A DNA stretch of 64,000 nt from Actinomycetota bacterium (GTDB lineage: Bacteria; Actinomycetota; CADDZG01; WHSQ01). Location: contig WHSV01000006.1 in NCBI GenBank assembly GCA_009379915.1, forward strand, positions 279 through 64,278. The letters run 5' to 3'. A model generated the notes under the pieces. It was not told where the DNA came from, did no database searches, and worked only from the letters and a program-made list of their open reading frames with translations. Below are positions 37,136 through 46,601 of this stretch, in pieces. Both the position numbers and the translations under genes were made by a program. The first letter of the stretch is position 1. Every line of letters starts with the position of its first letter.

Positions 37136-38751
37136 CTCGATTCGCTCCGCCCGACGAGGGCGATGAACCGCCGCAACTCAGGTGCGCCGGTCATCACCAT
37201 GACCACGACGTAGGCACCAAGGCCCGCTCCCGCGGCGACCAGGAAATTCACCAGGGTCTCGAGTTTCGTGGACGCCGGCAGCGCGATGGTTACAGCCCCC
37301 GCAATCGCCAGCGAGAGGAGGGACGCGCCAAACGACCGGCCGACGCTGACCTTCAGATCCCTGGTTGCAACGGTGCCGAGACGCCGGGACAGGAGATGCA
37401 ACAGGACCACGGCCGCGACCGCAAAGGCGGCCGAGTGTGCGAGGGCCAGCGTCGGGACAGACCAGTCGCCGTCCACCGTGGTGAACAGAGCCACCCCGAG
37501 AGCGCTCGAGATGACGACGGCTCCCCCGTTGACGAGCGCCGGTGTCTTTGTATCGCTCAAGGCGTAGTAGGCCCGCGTCACGACGAGGAAGGTCGAGTAG
37601 GTGGGCAGGCCGATCACGAAGGCCGCCAGAACGCGGGCGACCAGTTCGGCCCCCGATTCGGTCATCACTCCGTATTCGAGGGTCAAGTTAGAGATCGCGC
37701 TCGCTCCGGCGAGCATGACGGCCGCGGTGGGCAAAAGGATAAAGGCAAGCATGCGGAGACCATCGCGGAGACGGATCAGGAGCTCCTCGGGCTCGCCGCG
37801 CGCAGCACTCTCCGACATCGCGGGAAAGAGAACGTGGAAGATCGCCACCGCGAAGAGCGCGTGCGGCATGTAGAAGAACGTGAACGCCCACTGGTAGGCG
37901 GCAACCCCGCCCTCGACTGAGTTGGCGAGCAGCAGGACGACGATCAGGCCGGCTTGATACCCCCCCGCATAACCGAGCGCCCACACCCCGAGATGTGCGG
38001 CCTTTCGCACCGCGGGGTGCCGCGGCGCCCATTTGAAGCGGAAATGCCAGCCGAGCGACCTCAACTGAGGAATCAGGCACACGGTCATGGCCACCACACC
38101 GAGAGTCGTCCCGAGTCCCAGAACCAGCGTCTGCAACGTGGTTATGCCGTCCACGGTGGGAGGATCGTTCCCGCGCAGCGTGGCATAGAGCACGTAGACG
38201 CCGATGACGACGAGGTTGTTGAAGATCGGGGCGATGGCGGCGATGGCAAACTTCCGGTGGGCGTGCAGCGCCCCCGTCATGATCATGCCGGCGCCGTAGA
38301 ACACGATCTGCGGCGCGAACAACCGCATGAAAGAGGCCCCCAGCGAGATCTCCTGCGCGCGCAGATCGGCGTCTGCCACTCCCAGGGTTAGGAGACGCAT
38401 TAGTGGTTCCCCCAGTAGCGCGACGAGCAGGGCAATCGCGACGAGGCCAACGACCGCGACCGTCGTGAGCGCGTTGGCTGCCTGCCAGCCCTCATCCTGT
38501 CGGCCTTTGACCAGATAATCCACGAAGGTCGGCACGAATACCGATGTGAGCACCCCCGCAGCGACGAGCTCGAAGACCACGTTGGGGGCGGTGTTGGCGG
38601 TCTGATAGGTGTTGGCCAAGAAGGTCGTTCCCATGGCGGCGGCGACAACCATGACGCGGACGAAGCCGGTGATGCGTGACAGCGCGGTCGCCACCGTGAT
38701 GATCGCGGCGCCGCGCGCAAGGGAGCCCTGAGGCTCTGCTAGAGACGCCAT
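37132..38751 (-). CDS. murJ: lipid II flippase MurJ (MviN)
   Basis: ORF 37132..38751. It has 14 or so TM segments and an N-terminus ITVATALSRITGFVRVMVVAAAMG, typical of MurJ. Confidence 0.88.
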   Translation of the reverse strand: MASLAEPQGSLARGAAIITVATALSRITGFVRVMVVAAAMGTTFLANTYQTANTAPNVVFELVAAGVLTSVFVPTFVDYLVKGRQDEGWQAANALTTVAVVGLVAIALLVALLGEPLMRLLTLGVADADLRAQEISLGASFMRLFAPQIVFYGAGMIMTGALHAHRKFAIAAIAPIFNNLVVIGVYVLYATLRGNDPPTVDGITTLQTLVLGLGTTLGVVAMTVCLIPQLRSLGWHFRFKWAPRHPAVRKAAHLGVWALGYAGGYQAGLIVVLLLANSVEGGVAAYQWAFTFFYMPHALFAVAIFHVLFPAMSESAARGEPEELLIRLRDGLRMLAFILLPTAAVMLAGASAISNLTLEYGVMTESGAELVARVLAAFVIGLPTYSTFLVVTRAYYALSDTKTPALVNGGAVVISSALGVALFTTVDGDWSVPTLALAHSAAFAVAAVVLLHLLSRRLGTVATRDLKVSVGRSFGASLLSLAIAGAVTIALPASTKLETLVNFLVAAGAGLGAYVVVMVMTGAPELRRFIALVGRSESR

Positions 38752-38794
38752 GGCGCTTCCGTCGGTGACCGGTTATTCAATGAGTCACCGCCAA

Positions 38795-39748
38795 CTAGTC
38801 GAGCGGCGGAAGGTCGGGCAACGGGCGCGTCCCGTCGTCCGTCCCGAAATGCCCCGCCGGATTGGATGGAGGTTCGCTGAGCACGAGCACGAGGGCCACG
38901 TGACCGAGCGCGCTTTCGCCGGTGTCCACCGTCGAGACCGTCTCGTTTATCTCGGCGTCCTCACGGACGGCGGTGGCCATGTTCCATTGACTGGACGATG
39001 ACTCTGTCACGACGACGTCTGTTTCCCCTGCCGTTAGCCCGGCGCTTAGTCGTCTGATGAACGCGGTCACGTTGAACGGCTGTGTCGTGGCGTTTCCACC
39101 CGCGATGACAAAGGACGAATCGTCTGGCACCACCTCGCCCTCGTCACTGTTGCGCGCCACCGAGATAAAGTCCTCTTCCTCGAGCAAGCGCAAGAGCTCA
39201 GAGTAGGCGACCTGAGAGGAACCCTCTCCCGATTCTGTCGGCCCACCGCCGTCCAGAGCGAGCGAGGCAGCGCCTTCTCCCATCGCTCCGGCCGCATCCA
39301 TCAGCACGTCGGACGGCTTCTGCTCGACAGACTCGACGATCGTAGCTAGTTGGTCCGCTTCGGGCCCACTTTCGAGCGCAAACTTCGCTCCCAGGGTTAT
39401 CTGCGTGACGATAGTCGCGCCCGCATCTTCGAGGGCGCCGATCGAACCGTCGACGACTCCGTCGTCCGCGCCGTCGACGGCGAAAACGACCACGTCTCTG
39501 CCGTTCAGCCGCCCATCGATCGCCCACGGTTCCGCCGCCTGCGCCCACTCGGCGAACGCATCGTTCTGAGCTCGCAACTGATCAATTTGCTCACGTTGCT
39601 CTCTGACCTCGGCGTTGACGGACTCGATGCGGTTCTCCAGGTCCCGCGCGAGGGGGTCGCCCACGAATCCCGCCCCCAACATGATCCCGACCGTCAAGGC
39701 GAGAAAAATCGAGATGATCGTGACGACCAGGTAGCGAAAGTCGATCAT
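38795..39748 (-). CDS. mctB: copper transporter MctB-like protein (DUF3186)
   Basis: ORF 38795..40201 trimmed to MIDFRYLVVTIISIFLALTVGIMLG (ATG 39748, ATGA overlap with the steA stop). The position is Rv1698-like. Confidence 0.75.
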   Translation of the reverse strand: MIDFRYLVVTIISIFLALTVGIMLGAGFVGDPLARDLENRIESVNAEVREQREQIDQLRAQNDAFAEWAQAAEPWAIDGRLNGRDVVVFAVDGADDGVVDGSIGALEDAGATIVTQITLGAKFALESGPEADQLATIVESVEQKPSDVLMDAAGAMGEGAASLALDGGGPTESGEGSSQVAYSELLRLLEEEDFISVARNSDEGEVVPDDSSFVIAGGNATTQPFNVTAFIRRLSAGLTAGETDVVVTESSSSQWNMATAVREDAEINETVSTVDTGESALGHVALVLVLSEPPSNPAGHFGTDDGTRPLPDLPPLD

Positions 39749-40944
39749 CCGAAGATCGCCGTTCGGATCGAGTCCCAGGTCAGCGAAAGCTGTGTCCACA
39801 ACAAAGACAGCTGTCCTCGGAAGACGTCGGAGAACACGATGACCATGCTGATAGCGAGCAGAGCCGAGAACACGAGAAGTCCGAGGTCTCGCCCGCGCAC
39901 GCGCCCGTGATAGAGCCGGCTGAGGCCCTTGGCGTCGACCAGAATCGGTCCGACTCTGAGACGAGTCAGAAAGGTCGAGGCCATCCCCTTGCGACCTTTG
40001 TCTCGAAACTCGATCAGGTTGGCGTGGGTACCCACGGCGACGATCAGCTCGGCCCCCCTTTCGTAGGCAAGCAACATTCCGATGTCCTCCGACGTCCCGG
40101 TCGCCTCGAACACCACGCAGGACAGCCCCAACGCATCGAGTCGCTCGGATCCCGGAGCGTAACCATCCGCGTATGCGTGCACCACCAGCTCGGCGCCGCA
40201 CGTGAGGGCCTCGGTCGTCACCGAGTCCATGTCGCCGATGATCATGTCGGGTTTCAGTCCGACATCGATCAGCGCATCCGCTCCTCCGTCGACTCCAATA
40301 AGCAACGGCTTGACCTCACGAATGTAGGAGCGCAACGCATGGAGGTCGTCCTTATAGTCGTAACCGCGCACGACCACCAGGACATGACGCCCGTGAAAGT
40401 CGGTGCGGACCTCGGGCAATCGCGCTGCCTCGAGCAGCACGTCGCGCTCGTCCTCGATGTATTCGATCGTGTTCTGTGCGAAGCGCTCGAGCTCTACCGC
40501 GATCCCCTGCTTGGCCTCATCGAGCGACTCCTCGACGCTCTCCAGCTCGAGCCGGGTTCCACGCGTTATCTCGACGTGTTCATTGCCTTCTCTGCGGAAC
40601 ACCCGATCGCCGTCTACGGCTATCTCGGTGCCGTCGATGAGGAGCATGATCTCCTTGCCCACGTCGTCGATCACGGGAATCCCTGCCGAGCACAGAAGAA
40701 GGGGGCCCAGGTTCGGGTAGCGCCCCGTTGTCGACTTCGAAGCGTTGATCACCGCGGTTGCGCGCCGCTCTATCAGCCCCTCGGCCGAAATGCGGTCCAT
40801 GTCCTCGTGGTCGACGACCGCTATCTCACCGGGATTCAAGCGGGTGGTGAGATCCTTGGTTCGATGATCGACCCGCGCGACGCCCAGCAGCGCACCCGGC
40901 ACGTCGGGGAGGTGCTGACGCCTCCTCTTTCCGAGGATATTCAT
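39745..40944 (-). CDS. steA: putative cytokinetic ring protein SteA
   Basis: ORF 39745..40944. The position is Rv1697-like, with a thiamine-pyrophosphokinase-like core and a C-terminal TM segment. The start forms an ATGA overlap with the recN stop. Confidence 0.8.
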   Translation of the reverse strand: MNILGKRRRQHLPDVPGALLGVARVDHRTKDLTTRLNPGEIAVVDHEDMDRISAEGLIERRATAVINASKSTTGRYPNLGPLLLCSAGIPVIDDVGKEIMLLIDGTEIAVDGDRVFRREGNEHVEITRGTRLELESVEESLDEAKQGIAVELERFAQNTIEYIEDERDVLLEAARLPEVRTDFHGRHVLVVVRGYDYKDDLHALRSYIREVKPLLIGVDGGADALIDVGLKPDMIIGDMDSVTTEALTCGAELVVHAYADGYAPGSERLDALGLSCVVFEATGTSEDIGMLLAYERGAELIVAVGTHANLIEFRDKGRKGMASTFLTRLRVGPILVDAKGLSRLYHGRVRGRDLGLLVFSALLAISMVIVFSDVFRGQLSLLWTQLSLTWDSIRTAIFG

Positions 40945-42668
40945 CGAGCGCTCGCGGTCTCGAGCAGCTCCTTGGCGTGCTCCCGCGCCCTCTGACTCTC
41001 CGGCATTCCGGCGAGCATGCGCGACAACTCGTCGACCCTCTCGGCTCCCTCGACGCGCGCGACCAGGGCGATGGAACGCGCATCGGCAGACTCCTTCAGG
41101 ACGCGGTAGTGGTAATCGGCAAAGGCGGCGACCTGAGGGAGGTGCGTGACGAGCAGCACCTGGGCCCCCGTGGCGCGCGCCAGATCCGCCAGCGCCCGTC
41201 CCACGGACTGAGCCGCCAGCCCGGCAACACCGGCATCGACCTCGTCGAAGATCATCGTGCGCGCAGAGCCCTCGGTCTCTCCCTCTCGCGACGTCAACAG
41301 GTGCAGCGCCAGCGCGATCCGCGACAGCTCCCCTCCCGACGCCACCTTCGCAACCGGACGGGCCATCTCGCCGGGGTTGGCCGCGACCCGAAACTCGACG
41401 GACTCCATACCGCCCTCGAACAACTCTCGCTGAGTCAGTGCCACCTCGAACCGAGCTCCCGAGAGCGCGAGTTCGCCCAGAGTCTCCTCCATGGCTTTCT
41501 CGAGACGAGGGGCCGCCACCTTCCGCAGGGTTCCGAGCTCCCGCGCGAGATGCCCGGCCCGCGCCATCAGGCTCTCGTGTTCGGCGCGCAGTGCTCCGAG
41601 CGATGACTCCGCGTTCTCCAGCTCGTCGATCCGGGCCCTCGCGCGCTCCAGATATCCCAGAACCCCGGCCTCCGGTCCCCTCGGTTCGGAATCCTGCGGC
41701 ACCCGGTCCTCGCCGTACTTTCGCGTCATCCGTGCGATGACATCGAGGCGAGCCCTCGTCTCCTCGAGCGTCTGAGGATCCGGTGCCACCATGCTGCGGG
41801 TCAGATCGCTCGCGATGTCCGCTATCTCGAGCGAGGCCGCCTCGAGCCGCCGGGTCACTTCCTCGAGGGCCGGGTCCCTCTGGGACGCCGCCGAGACATC
41901 CCGGTGCGCCGAGTCGATCGTCTCGGCAGCACCGCGCTCCCCATTCAGCGCATCGATCGCTCGCCCCAGCGCCAGGGCGATCGACTCTGCGTGTTCGAGG
42001 CGGTCCGCGTCCTTCGTCAGCCGGTCGAACTCCCCCTCCTGTAGCTCGGACTTCTCGATCTCGGAGATCTCGTAGCGCAGAAGATCGAGCTCGCGCTCCC
42101 GCTGTCGCTCGTTCGACAGCAGTGTGTCCATTTCACCGTGGACCCGGCTTGCCGCTCGAACCGTCCCGGTGAGCTCGGCTGCGAGAGCAGTGGATCCGGC
42201 AAAGGCGTCGAGCAAAGCCCGCTGCCGGGAGGGGGCGGCGACGCCCTGTGCTTCGTTCTGGCCCGCTATCTCGACGAGCTGTTCGCCGACCGCTCCGAGC
42301 GCTGCGACGGTGACCAGACGGCCGTTGATGCGCGCCCGGCCCCCTTTCCCGTCGGCTGTGATGCTGCGGGTCAGGACGACCTCGGCCTCCGACTCGGCCA
42401 TCCCGGCCTCGATGATTCCGTGGGCGCTGAGCACCTCGAGGGCTGCGTGACCCGGGGGCACGACGAAGCGCCCCTCGACGAGCGCTTCGGCCGCTCCCTC
42501 CCGGACCAGGGCGCGATCGGACCGGCCGCCCACCAACAGCCCGAGGGCGGCCACGATCAGGGTCTTTCCGGCCCCGGTTTCTCCCGTGAGGGCGCTACAG
42601 CCGCCACGCAGCTCCAGCTCGGCGCGCTCAATCACGCCGAGGCCCTCGACAACAAGCTCTCTCAGCAT
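40941..42668 (-). CDS. recN: DNA repair protein RecN
   Basis: ORF 40941..42668. It has Walker A LTGETGAGKT, long coiled coils, and a C-terminal FDEVDAGV. Confidence 0.93.
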   Translation of the reverse strand: MLRELVVEGLGVIERAELELRGGCSALTGETGAGKTLIVAALGLLVGGRSDRALVREGAAEALVEGRFVVPPGHAALEVLSAHGIIEAGMAESEAEVVLTRSITADGKGGRARINGRLVTVAALGAVGEQLVEIAGQNEAQGVAAPSRQRALLDAFAGSTALAAELTGTVRAASRVHGEMDTLLSNERQRERELDLLRYEISEIEKSELQEGEFDRLTKDADRLEHAESIALALGRAIDALNGERGAAETIDSAHRDVSAASQRDPALEEVTRRLEAASLEIADIASDLTRSMVAPDPQTLEETRARLDVIARMTRKYGEDRVPQDSEPRGPEAGVLGYLERARARIDELENAESSLGALRAEHESLMARAGHLARELGTLRKVAAPRLEKAMEETLGELALSGARFEVALTQRELFEGGMESVEFRVAANPGEMARPVAKVASGGELSRIALALHLLTSREGETEGSARTMIFDEVDAGVAGLAAQSVGRALADLARATGAQVLLVTHLPQVAAFADYHYRVLKESADARSIALVARVEGAERVDELSRMLAGMPESQRAREHAKELLETASAR

Positions 42669-42727
42669 CCGTGAGGAATCCTAAGGGTGAGCGGGGGCGA
42701 AAGGCGGTGTCTCGTGACCATCACGGA

Positions 42728-42741
42728 ATCTCGACAAATTC
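42728..42741. repeat. ATTTGTCGAC-family box variant
   Basis: The sequence atctcgacaaattc lies about 60 nt upstream of the recN ATG. Confidence 0.45.
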
Positions 42742-42806
42742 TCCCAGAAGGCGTTCCCATGACCCAGGGGCTCGCTCAGCGAGCTTGGAGGTCATAAGAA
42801 GCAGCC

Positions 42807-43601
42807 TCAGGATCGCAGGTCGAGCTTCTGCCGGAGTCTTTCGAGGAAGTCGGGGCCCGACAGTTTCACCAGCTCGAGAGGGCGCTGGTGGCGCCGGGCG
42901 GTGACGACGTCGCCGGGTTGCAGCTTCCGGCCGAGCCTCCCGTCCAACGACAGGACCGCCACCGGCGCCGCCTCGTCGACTCGAATCGTCACCTCGTCGT
43001 CGGGGGCCAGGACGACCGGCCGGGAGAACACCATGTGAGGGCTCACCGGCACGATGACGAGCGCGGCGGCGCGCGGAGAGATGATCGGACCCCCGGCGCT
43101 CAGCGCGTAGGCGGTGGAGCCCGTCGGGGTCGCGACGATCACGCCGTCGGCGTTGAAGGACGCGAGTCGCTCTCCGCTGACGCTGACCTCGAGGCGAACG
43201 AGCCTGTATCTCGCCGACCGCTCGACCAGCACCTCGTTGAGCCCGACGAGATGAGCTTCCCGACCGTCGCTCGTAACTTGGCAGTCGAGCATCATCCGCT
43301 CCTCGAGGCGATAGTCGCCGTCGAGCACTCGTTTGAGCGCGCTCAGCTCCTCGCCGGCTTCCACCTCGGTCAGATAGCCGAGTGAGCCGAAGTTGACGCC
43401 CAGCAACGGGGCGTCCGCTGCGTGGGCCGCGTGGGCCGCGTGAAGCATGGTGCCGTCGCCGCCGAGGGCCAGGACGAGGTCGGGTGAGTCGTCGTCGACG
43501 CTGATGCCCCGTCCCACGAGCGTCTCCTCGATCTCGTCTCGCATGCGCGCGGCCTCCGGCTTGCTTGGATGCACGACGAAGGCGACCTTGCTTATCTCCA
43601 C
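42807..43601 (-). CDS. nadK: NAD(+) kinase
   Basis: ORF 42807..43601. It contains LVLALGGDGTML and ATPTGSTAYALSAGGP. Confidence 0.9.
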   Translation of the reverse strand: MEISKVAFVVHPSKPEAARMRDEIEETLVGRGISVDDDSPDLVLALGGDGTMLHAAHAAHAADAPLLGVNFGSLGYLTEVEAGEELSALKRVLDGDYRLEERMMLDCQVTSDGREAHLVGLNEVLVERSARYRLVRLEVSVSGERLASFNADGVIVATPTGSTAYALSAGGPIISPRAAALVIVPVSPHMVFSRPVVLAPDDEVTIRVDEAAPVAVLSLDGRLGRKLQPGDVVTARRHQRPLELVKLSGPDFLERLRQKLDLRS

Positions 43602-43616
43602 ATGACTCCCATCCGG

Positions 43617-44402
43617 CTACTCCACCCCGGCAACCGCTCGGGCGGCCGCTCCCCTATTGTGAGGCCCGCCGCGGTTGAGGTGAACGAAAAACTCACGGTT
43701 GCCGGCCGGGCCGGGCAGGTCGGAGGCGGTGGCGTCCACCAGCCCCAGACCCCGGGACTCGGCCGCATCGACCACGCCCAGAACCGACTCGAGCCACAGG
43801 GCCGGGTTGCTCACTACTCCACCCTTACCGACCGCGTCCCTTCCGACCTCGAACTGCGGCTTGACCATCAGCAAAAGGTCACCCCGTCGGTCCATCACGT
43901 CCGCCAGAGCCGACAGAACCAGCGTCAACGAGATGAACGAGAGATCGGCGACGACTCCCTGAGGTCGCCGCGGAAGGTCGGCGGCGGCGAGCGACCTCAC
44001 GTTCGTACGTTCCAGCACGGTCACGCGCTCGTCGTTGCGAATCCGCCAGTCGAGTTGTCCGTAACCGACATCGACGGCAATGACGGACGCTGCCCCAGCC
44101 TGCAGAAGGCAATCGGTGAATCCACCAGTAGAGGCTCCGGCGTCGAGCCACGCCCGGCCGGCCACGTCGACGTTCAGCCGGTCGAGCGCGCCTGCGAGCT
44201 TGTCGCCCCCGCGCGAGACGAACCGCCGCGGGCGGTCGCTGATCGTCAGTGAGTCCTCCGGAGACACCATGGTCGCGGCGCGCGTGGCCGGCATTCCCCT
44301 CACCACAACGTGCCCCTCCTCTATGGCGCGCCGTGCGGCGGAACGAGACTCTGCGAGACCGCGCCTTACGAGCTCAGCGTCGAGACGAAGGGTTTTCGCC
44401 AA
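43617..44402 (-). CDS. tlyA: TlyA family rRNA (cytidine-2'-O)-methyltransferase
   Basis: ORF 43617..44402. It has an S4-like N-terminus RLDAELVRRGLAESR and an FtsJ-type motif LDAGASTGGFTDCLL. Confidence 0.9.
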   Translation of the reverse strand: MAKTLRLDAELVRRGLAESRSAARRAIEEGHVVVRGMPATRAATMVSPEDSLTISDRPRRFVSRGGDKLAGALDRLNVDVAGRAWLDAGASTGGFTDCLLQAGAASVIAVDVGYGQLDWRIRNDERVTVLERTNVRSLAAADLPRRPQGVVADLSFISLTLVLSALADVMDRRGDLLLMVKPQFEVGRDAVGKGGVVSNPALWLESVLGVVDAAESRGLGLVDATASDLPGPAGNREFFVHLNRGGPHNRGAAARAVAGVE

Positions 44403-44571
44403 CGTCGCGCTCGAGCTCGTGGCTCAGTTCGTCGTAGAGGTTCTCGAGCACCTCGAGTCGTCCGGCGTCGCCCATGGGCGCCGCGTCCTCCAGTGCCTGG
44501 CGGGTCCGGTCCTGCAAAGCCACGGGGTCGGGAGCCTCCGAGGTCGTGACGCGCTCGTTGTTGTCGTCCAT
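44374..44571 (-). CDS. small acidic hypothetical protein
   Basis: ORF 44374..44571 (65 aa). Its position upstream of tlyA matches a small conserved gene in the mycobacterial block. I recognise no motif. Confidence 0.4.
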   Translation of the reverse strand: MDDNNERVTTSEAPDPVALQDRTRQALEDAAPMGDAGRLEVLENLYDELSHELERDVGENPSSRR

Positions 44572-44580
44572 GGGTGGTGA

Positions 44581-44982
44581 TTATCCCTCGCCGTCGGGCC
44601 GCTCGGTCGTCTTCTTGGCCGTTTTCTTGTTCGTCTTCTTCGGGGTCTTCTTGCGAGTCTTCTTGTGCGTCTTCTTGGCGGTAGTGGGTGCGACCGGCCG
44701 GTACTCGAGCCGCGCGACCCGCCGTTCCAGTCGCTCTATGTCGCGCTTCGAAGCGAGTCCGAGAGATTCGGTCTGATTGCGGATCTCACTTCGGATGAGG
44801 TTCAGGATCTCGTCCCGGTTCTGCTTGCTGCGCTCCATGAGGTCCCGAACCGCCTGGGCCGCCTGGCCCCCCGGGAGGTCACCGGATTTGATCAGGTCGC
44901 GCACGATGGCCTCGGCACGGTTACGGGTCAGCTCGACCACTCCGGATGTGAACAGGGCCACACGCCTGATCTCGTCTCTCAC
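44581..44982 (-). CDS. phasin-like protein with lysine-rich (KKTx)6 tail
   Basis: The 44581..45345 frame was trimmed to the GTG at 44982 (AGGAGG lies 7 nt upstream). The helical LTRNRAEAIVRDLIKSG...RDIERLERRVARLE is followed by KKTHKKTRKKTPKKTNKKTAKKT. Confidence 0.65.
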   Translation of the reverse strand: MRDEIRRVALFTSGVVELTRNRAEAIVRDLIKSGDLPGGQAAQAVRDLMERSKQNRDEILNLIRSEIRNQTESLGLASKRDIERLERRVARLEYRPVAPTTAKKTHKKTRKKTPKKTNKKTAKKTTERPDGEG

Positions 44983-45020
44983 CCCACGGCCTCCTGTGTC
45001 GGTTGAACTCGCCTGAAACC

Positions 45021-45026
45021 TATACT
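45021..45026 (+). promoter_or_regulatory. -10 hexamer TATACT, 7 nt before the GTG (leaderless-type)
   Basis: The context is aaccTATACTcgcatccGTG. No Shine-Dalgarno is present. Confidence 0.4.
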
Positions 45027-45033
45027 CGCATCC

Positions 45034-45783
45034 GTGGTCTCGCTGATTCCGATATCGGACGAAAACCCCACGCGACGAACGCCCATAGTCACACTGGTGC
45101 TGATCGCGATGAACATCGGGACGTTTTTCTTCATCCAGCCGAATCCACCGCTGCTCGGCGCCGGGACACCGCCTCAGGAGGAGCGGTTCATTTACGACAC
45201 CGCCCCCGCTCCCTGTCAGTTCGAGGACGAGTGCCCCCGTGCGGTGCAGGGCGTGACCGGACCCATAGAGATACCCGAACGCACCCTTGGTGAGTTCGTC
45301 TTGTCGCTCGTGTACTCGGCCTTCCTCCACGGGAACCTGGTACACATCGGCGGCAACATGCTCTTCCTATGGGTCTTCGGGAACAACGTCGAGGATTTCC
45401 TGGGCCACTTCAAGTACGTGATCTTCTATCTGCTCGGCGCGATCGGTTCCGGGTTCGCACAGGTGTTCACCAATCTCGGCTCGGCGATACCCGCCATCGG
45501 GGCATCCGGCGCGGTCGCCGCGATTCTCGGGGCCTACTTCGTGTTGTATCCAAGAGCCAGGGTCAACGTGCTCGTGCCGATCATCTTTATCTGGACGATC
45601 CTGCAACTGAGCGCATTCGTAGTGCTCGGCCTGTGGTTCCTCTTCCAGTTCCTCCTTCCCCAACCGGGCGTCGCGTGGCAGGCGCACGCGGGCGGCTTCA
45701 TCATCGGCGCGCTCGTCATCCTCCTGTTCGGAGGCAGGCCACATCCGAGAAGGCCGGTGTGGCAGACGGAGTGGCGCTACTAG
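45034..45783 (+). CDS. rhomboid family intramembrane serine protease
   Basis: ORF 45034..45783. It contains HGNLVHIGGNMLFLWVFG and the catalytic GASGAVAAILGAY. Confidence 0.88.
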   Translation: MVSLIPISDENPTRRTPIVTLVLIAMNIGTFFFIQPNPPLLGAGTPPQEERFIYDTAPAPCQFEDECPRAVQGVTGPIEIPERTLGEFVLSLVYSAFLHGNLVHIGGNMLFLWVFGNNVEDFLGHFKYVIFYLLGAIGSGFAQVFTNLGSAIPAIGASGAVAAILGAYFVLYPRARVNVLVPIIFIWTILQLSAFVVLGLWFLFQFLLPQPGVAWQAHAGGFIIGALVILLFGGRPHPRRPVWQTEWRY

Positions 45784-46601
45784 ACCTCGGTCAGTAAGTC
45801 CGGTAGGTCCGCGAGCCGTTCGAGCACGATGTCGGGTCTGGGTTCCACCTGGTCGATCTCGGCTCGAGCCGTCACGCCCGACAGCACGAGGATCGTGGCC
45901 CATCCCATGACCCGGCCTCCCTCGAGATCCGTGTTCGGCCTGTCCCCGGCGATCGCGATCTTCGACGCTCCTCCGAGGTGGCGCGCGGCAACCCGCATCA
46001 TCGCCTCGTGCGGCTTGCCCATCACGCGTGCCCGGCCGCCCGACGCCACCTCGATGGCCGCAACCAGCGAGCCCGCGCCGGGCCAGAGACCGTCGGGGGC
46101 CGGGAAGGAGGCGTCCGCGTTCGCCGCGACGAGCCGGGCGCCGTCCTGCACCGCGAACGAGGCTCGCTTGAGCGATTCGTAGGTAAAGTCTGGGTCGAAG
46201 CCCACGACGACGTAGTCGGCCGTGCGAGACGAGGGATCGTCGTCCACGACCACGTCGATCGAATCGAAAGCCTCGCGGAGTCCTTCACCGCCGACGACGA
46301 TCGCGCTCCGTCCCGCAGCGCCCTCCTCGGCCAGCAGTTCGGCCATGACCACCGCCGAGGTCACAAGATCGTCGCGCTCGACCGAGACACCCATCGAGCC
46401 CAGCTTCTCGATGTACCGGCCGATGGTGGGGTTCGCGTTGTTGGTGCAGAACACGACGTGAACACCGAGTTCTCTCAGTCGCTCGATTGCCTCCGGAGAA
46501 CCCTCGATGGGCTCTGGACCCCTGTAGATGACGCCGTCGAGGTCGCAGACGAGGCCCTCGAGACCCGCCAGGGCTTCGACGTTGCCGGCGACGAGACTCA
46601 T
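45780..46601 (-). CDS. HAD-superfamily hydrolase (NagD-like)
   Basis: ORF 45780..47192 trimmed to MSLVAGN... with LVCDLDGVIY (DxDG) and GDRPNTDLEGG. The start forms an ATGA overlap with the upstream stop. The position is Rv1692-like. Confidence 0.85.
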   Translation of the reverse strand: MSLVAGNVEALAGLEGLVCDLDGVIYRGPEPIEGSPEAIERLRELGVHVVFCTNNANPTIGRYIEKLGSMGVSVERDDLVTSAVVMAELLAEEGAAGRSAIVVGGEGLREAFDSIDVVVDDDPSSRTADYVVVGFDPDFTYESLKRASFAVQDGARLVAANADASFPAPDGLWPGAGSLVAAIEVASGGRARVMGKPHEAMMRVAARHLGGASKIAIAGDRPNTDLEGGRVMGWATILVLSGVTARAEIDQVEPRPDIVLERLADLPDLLTEV

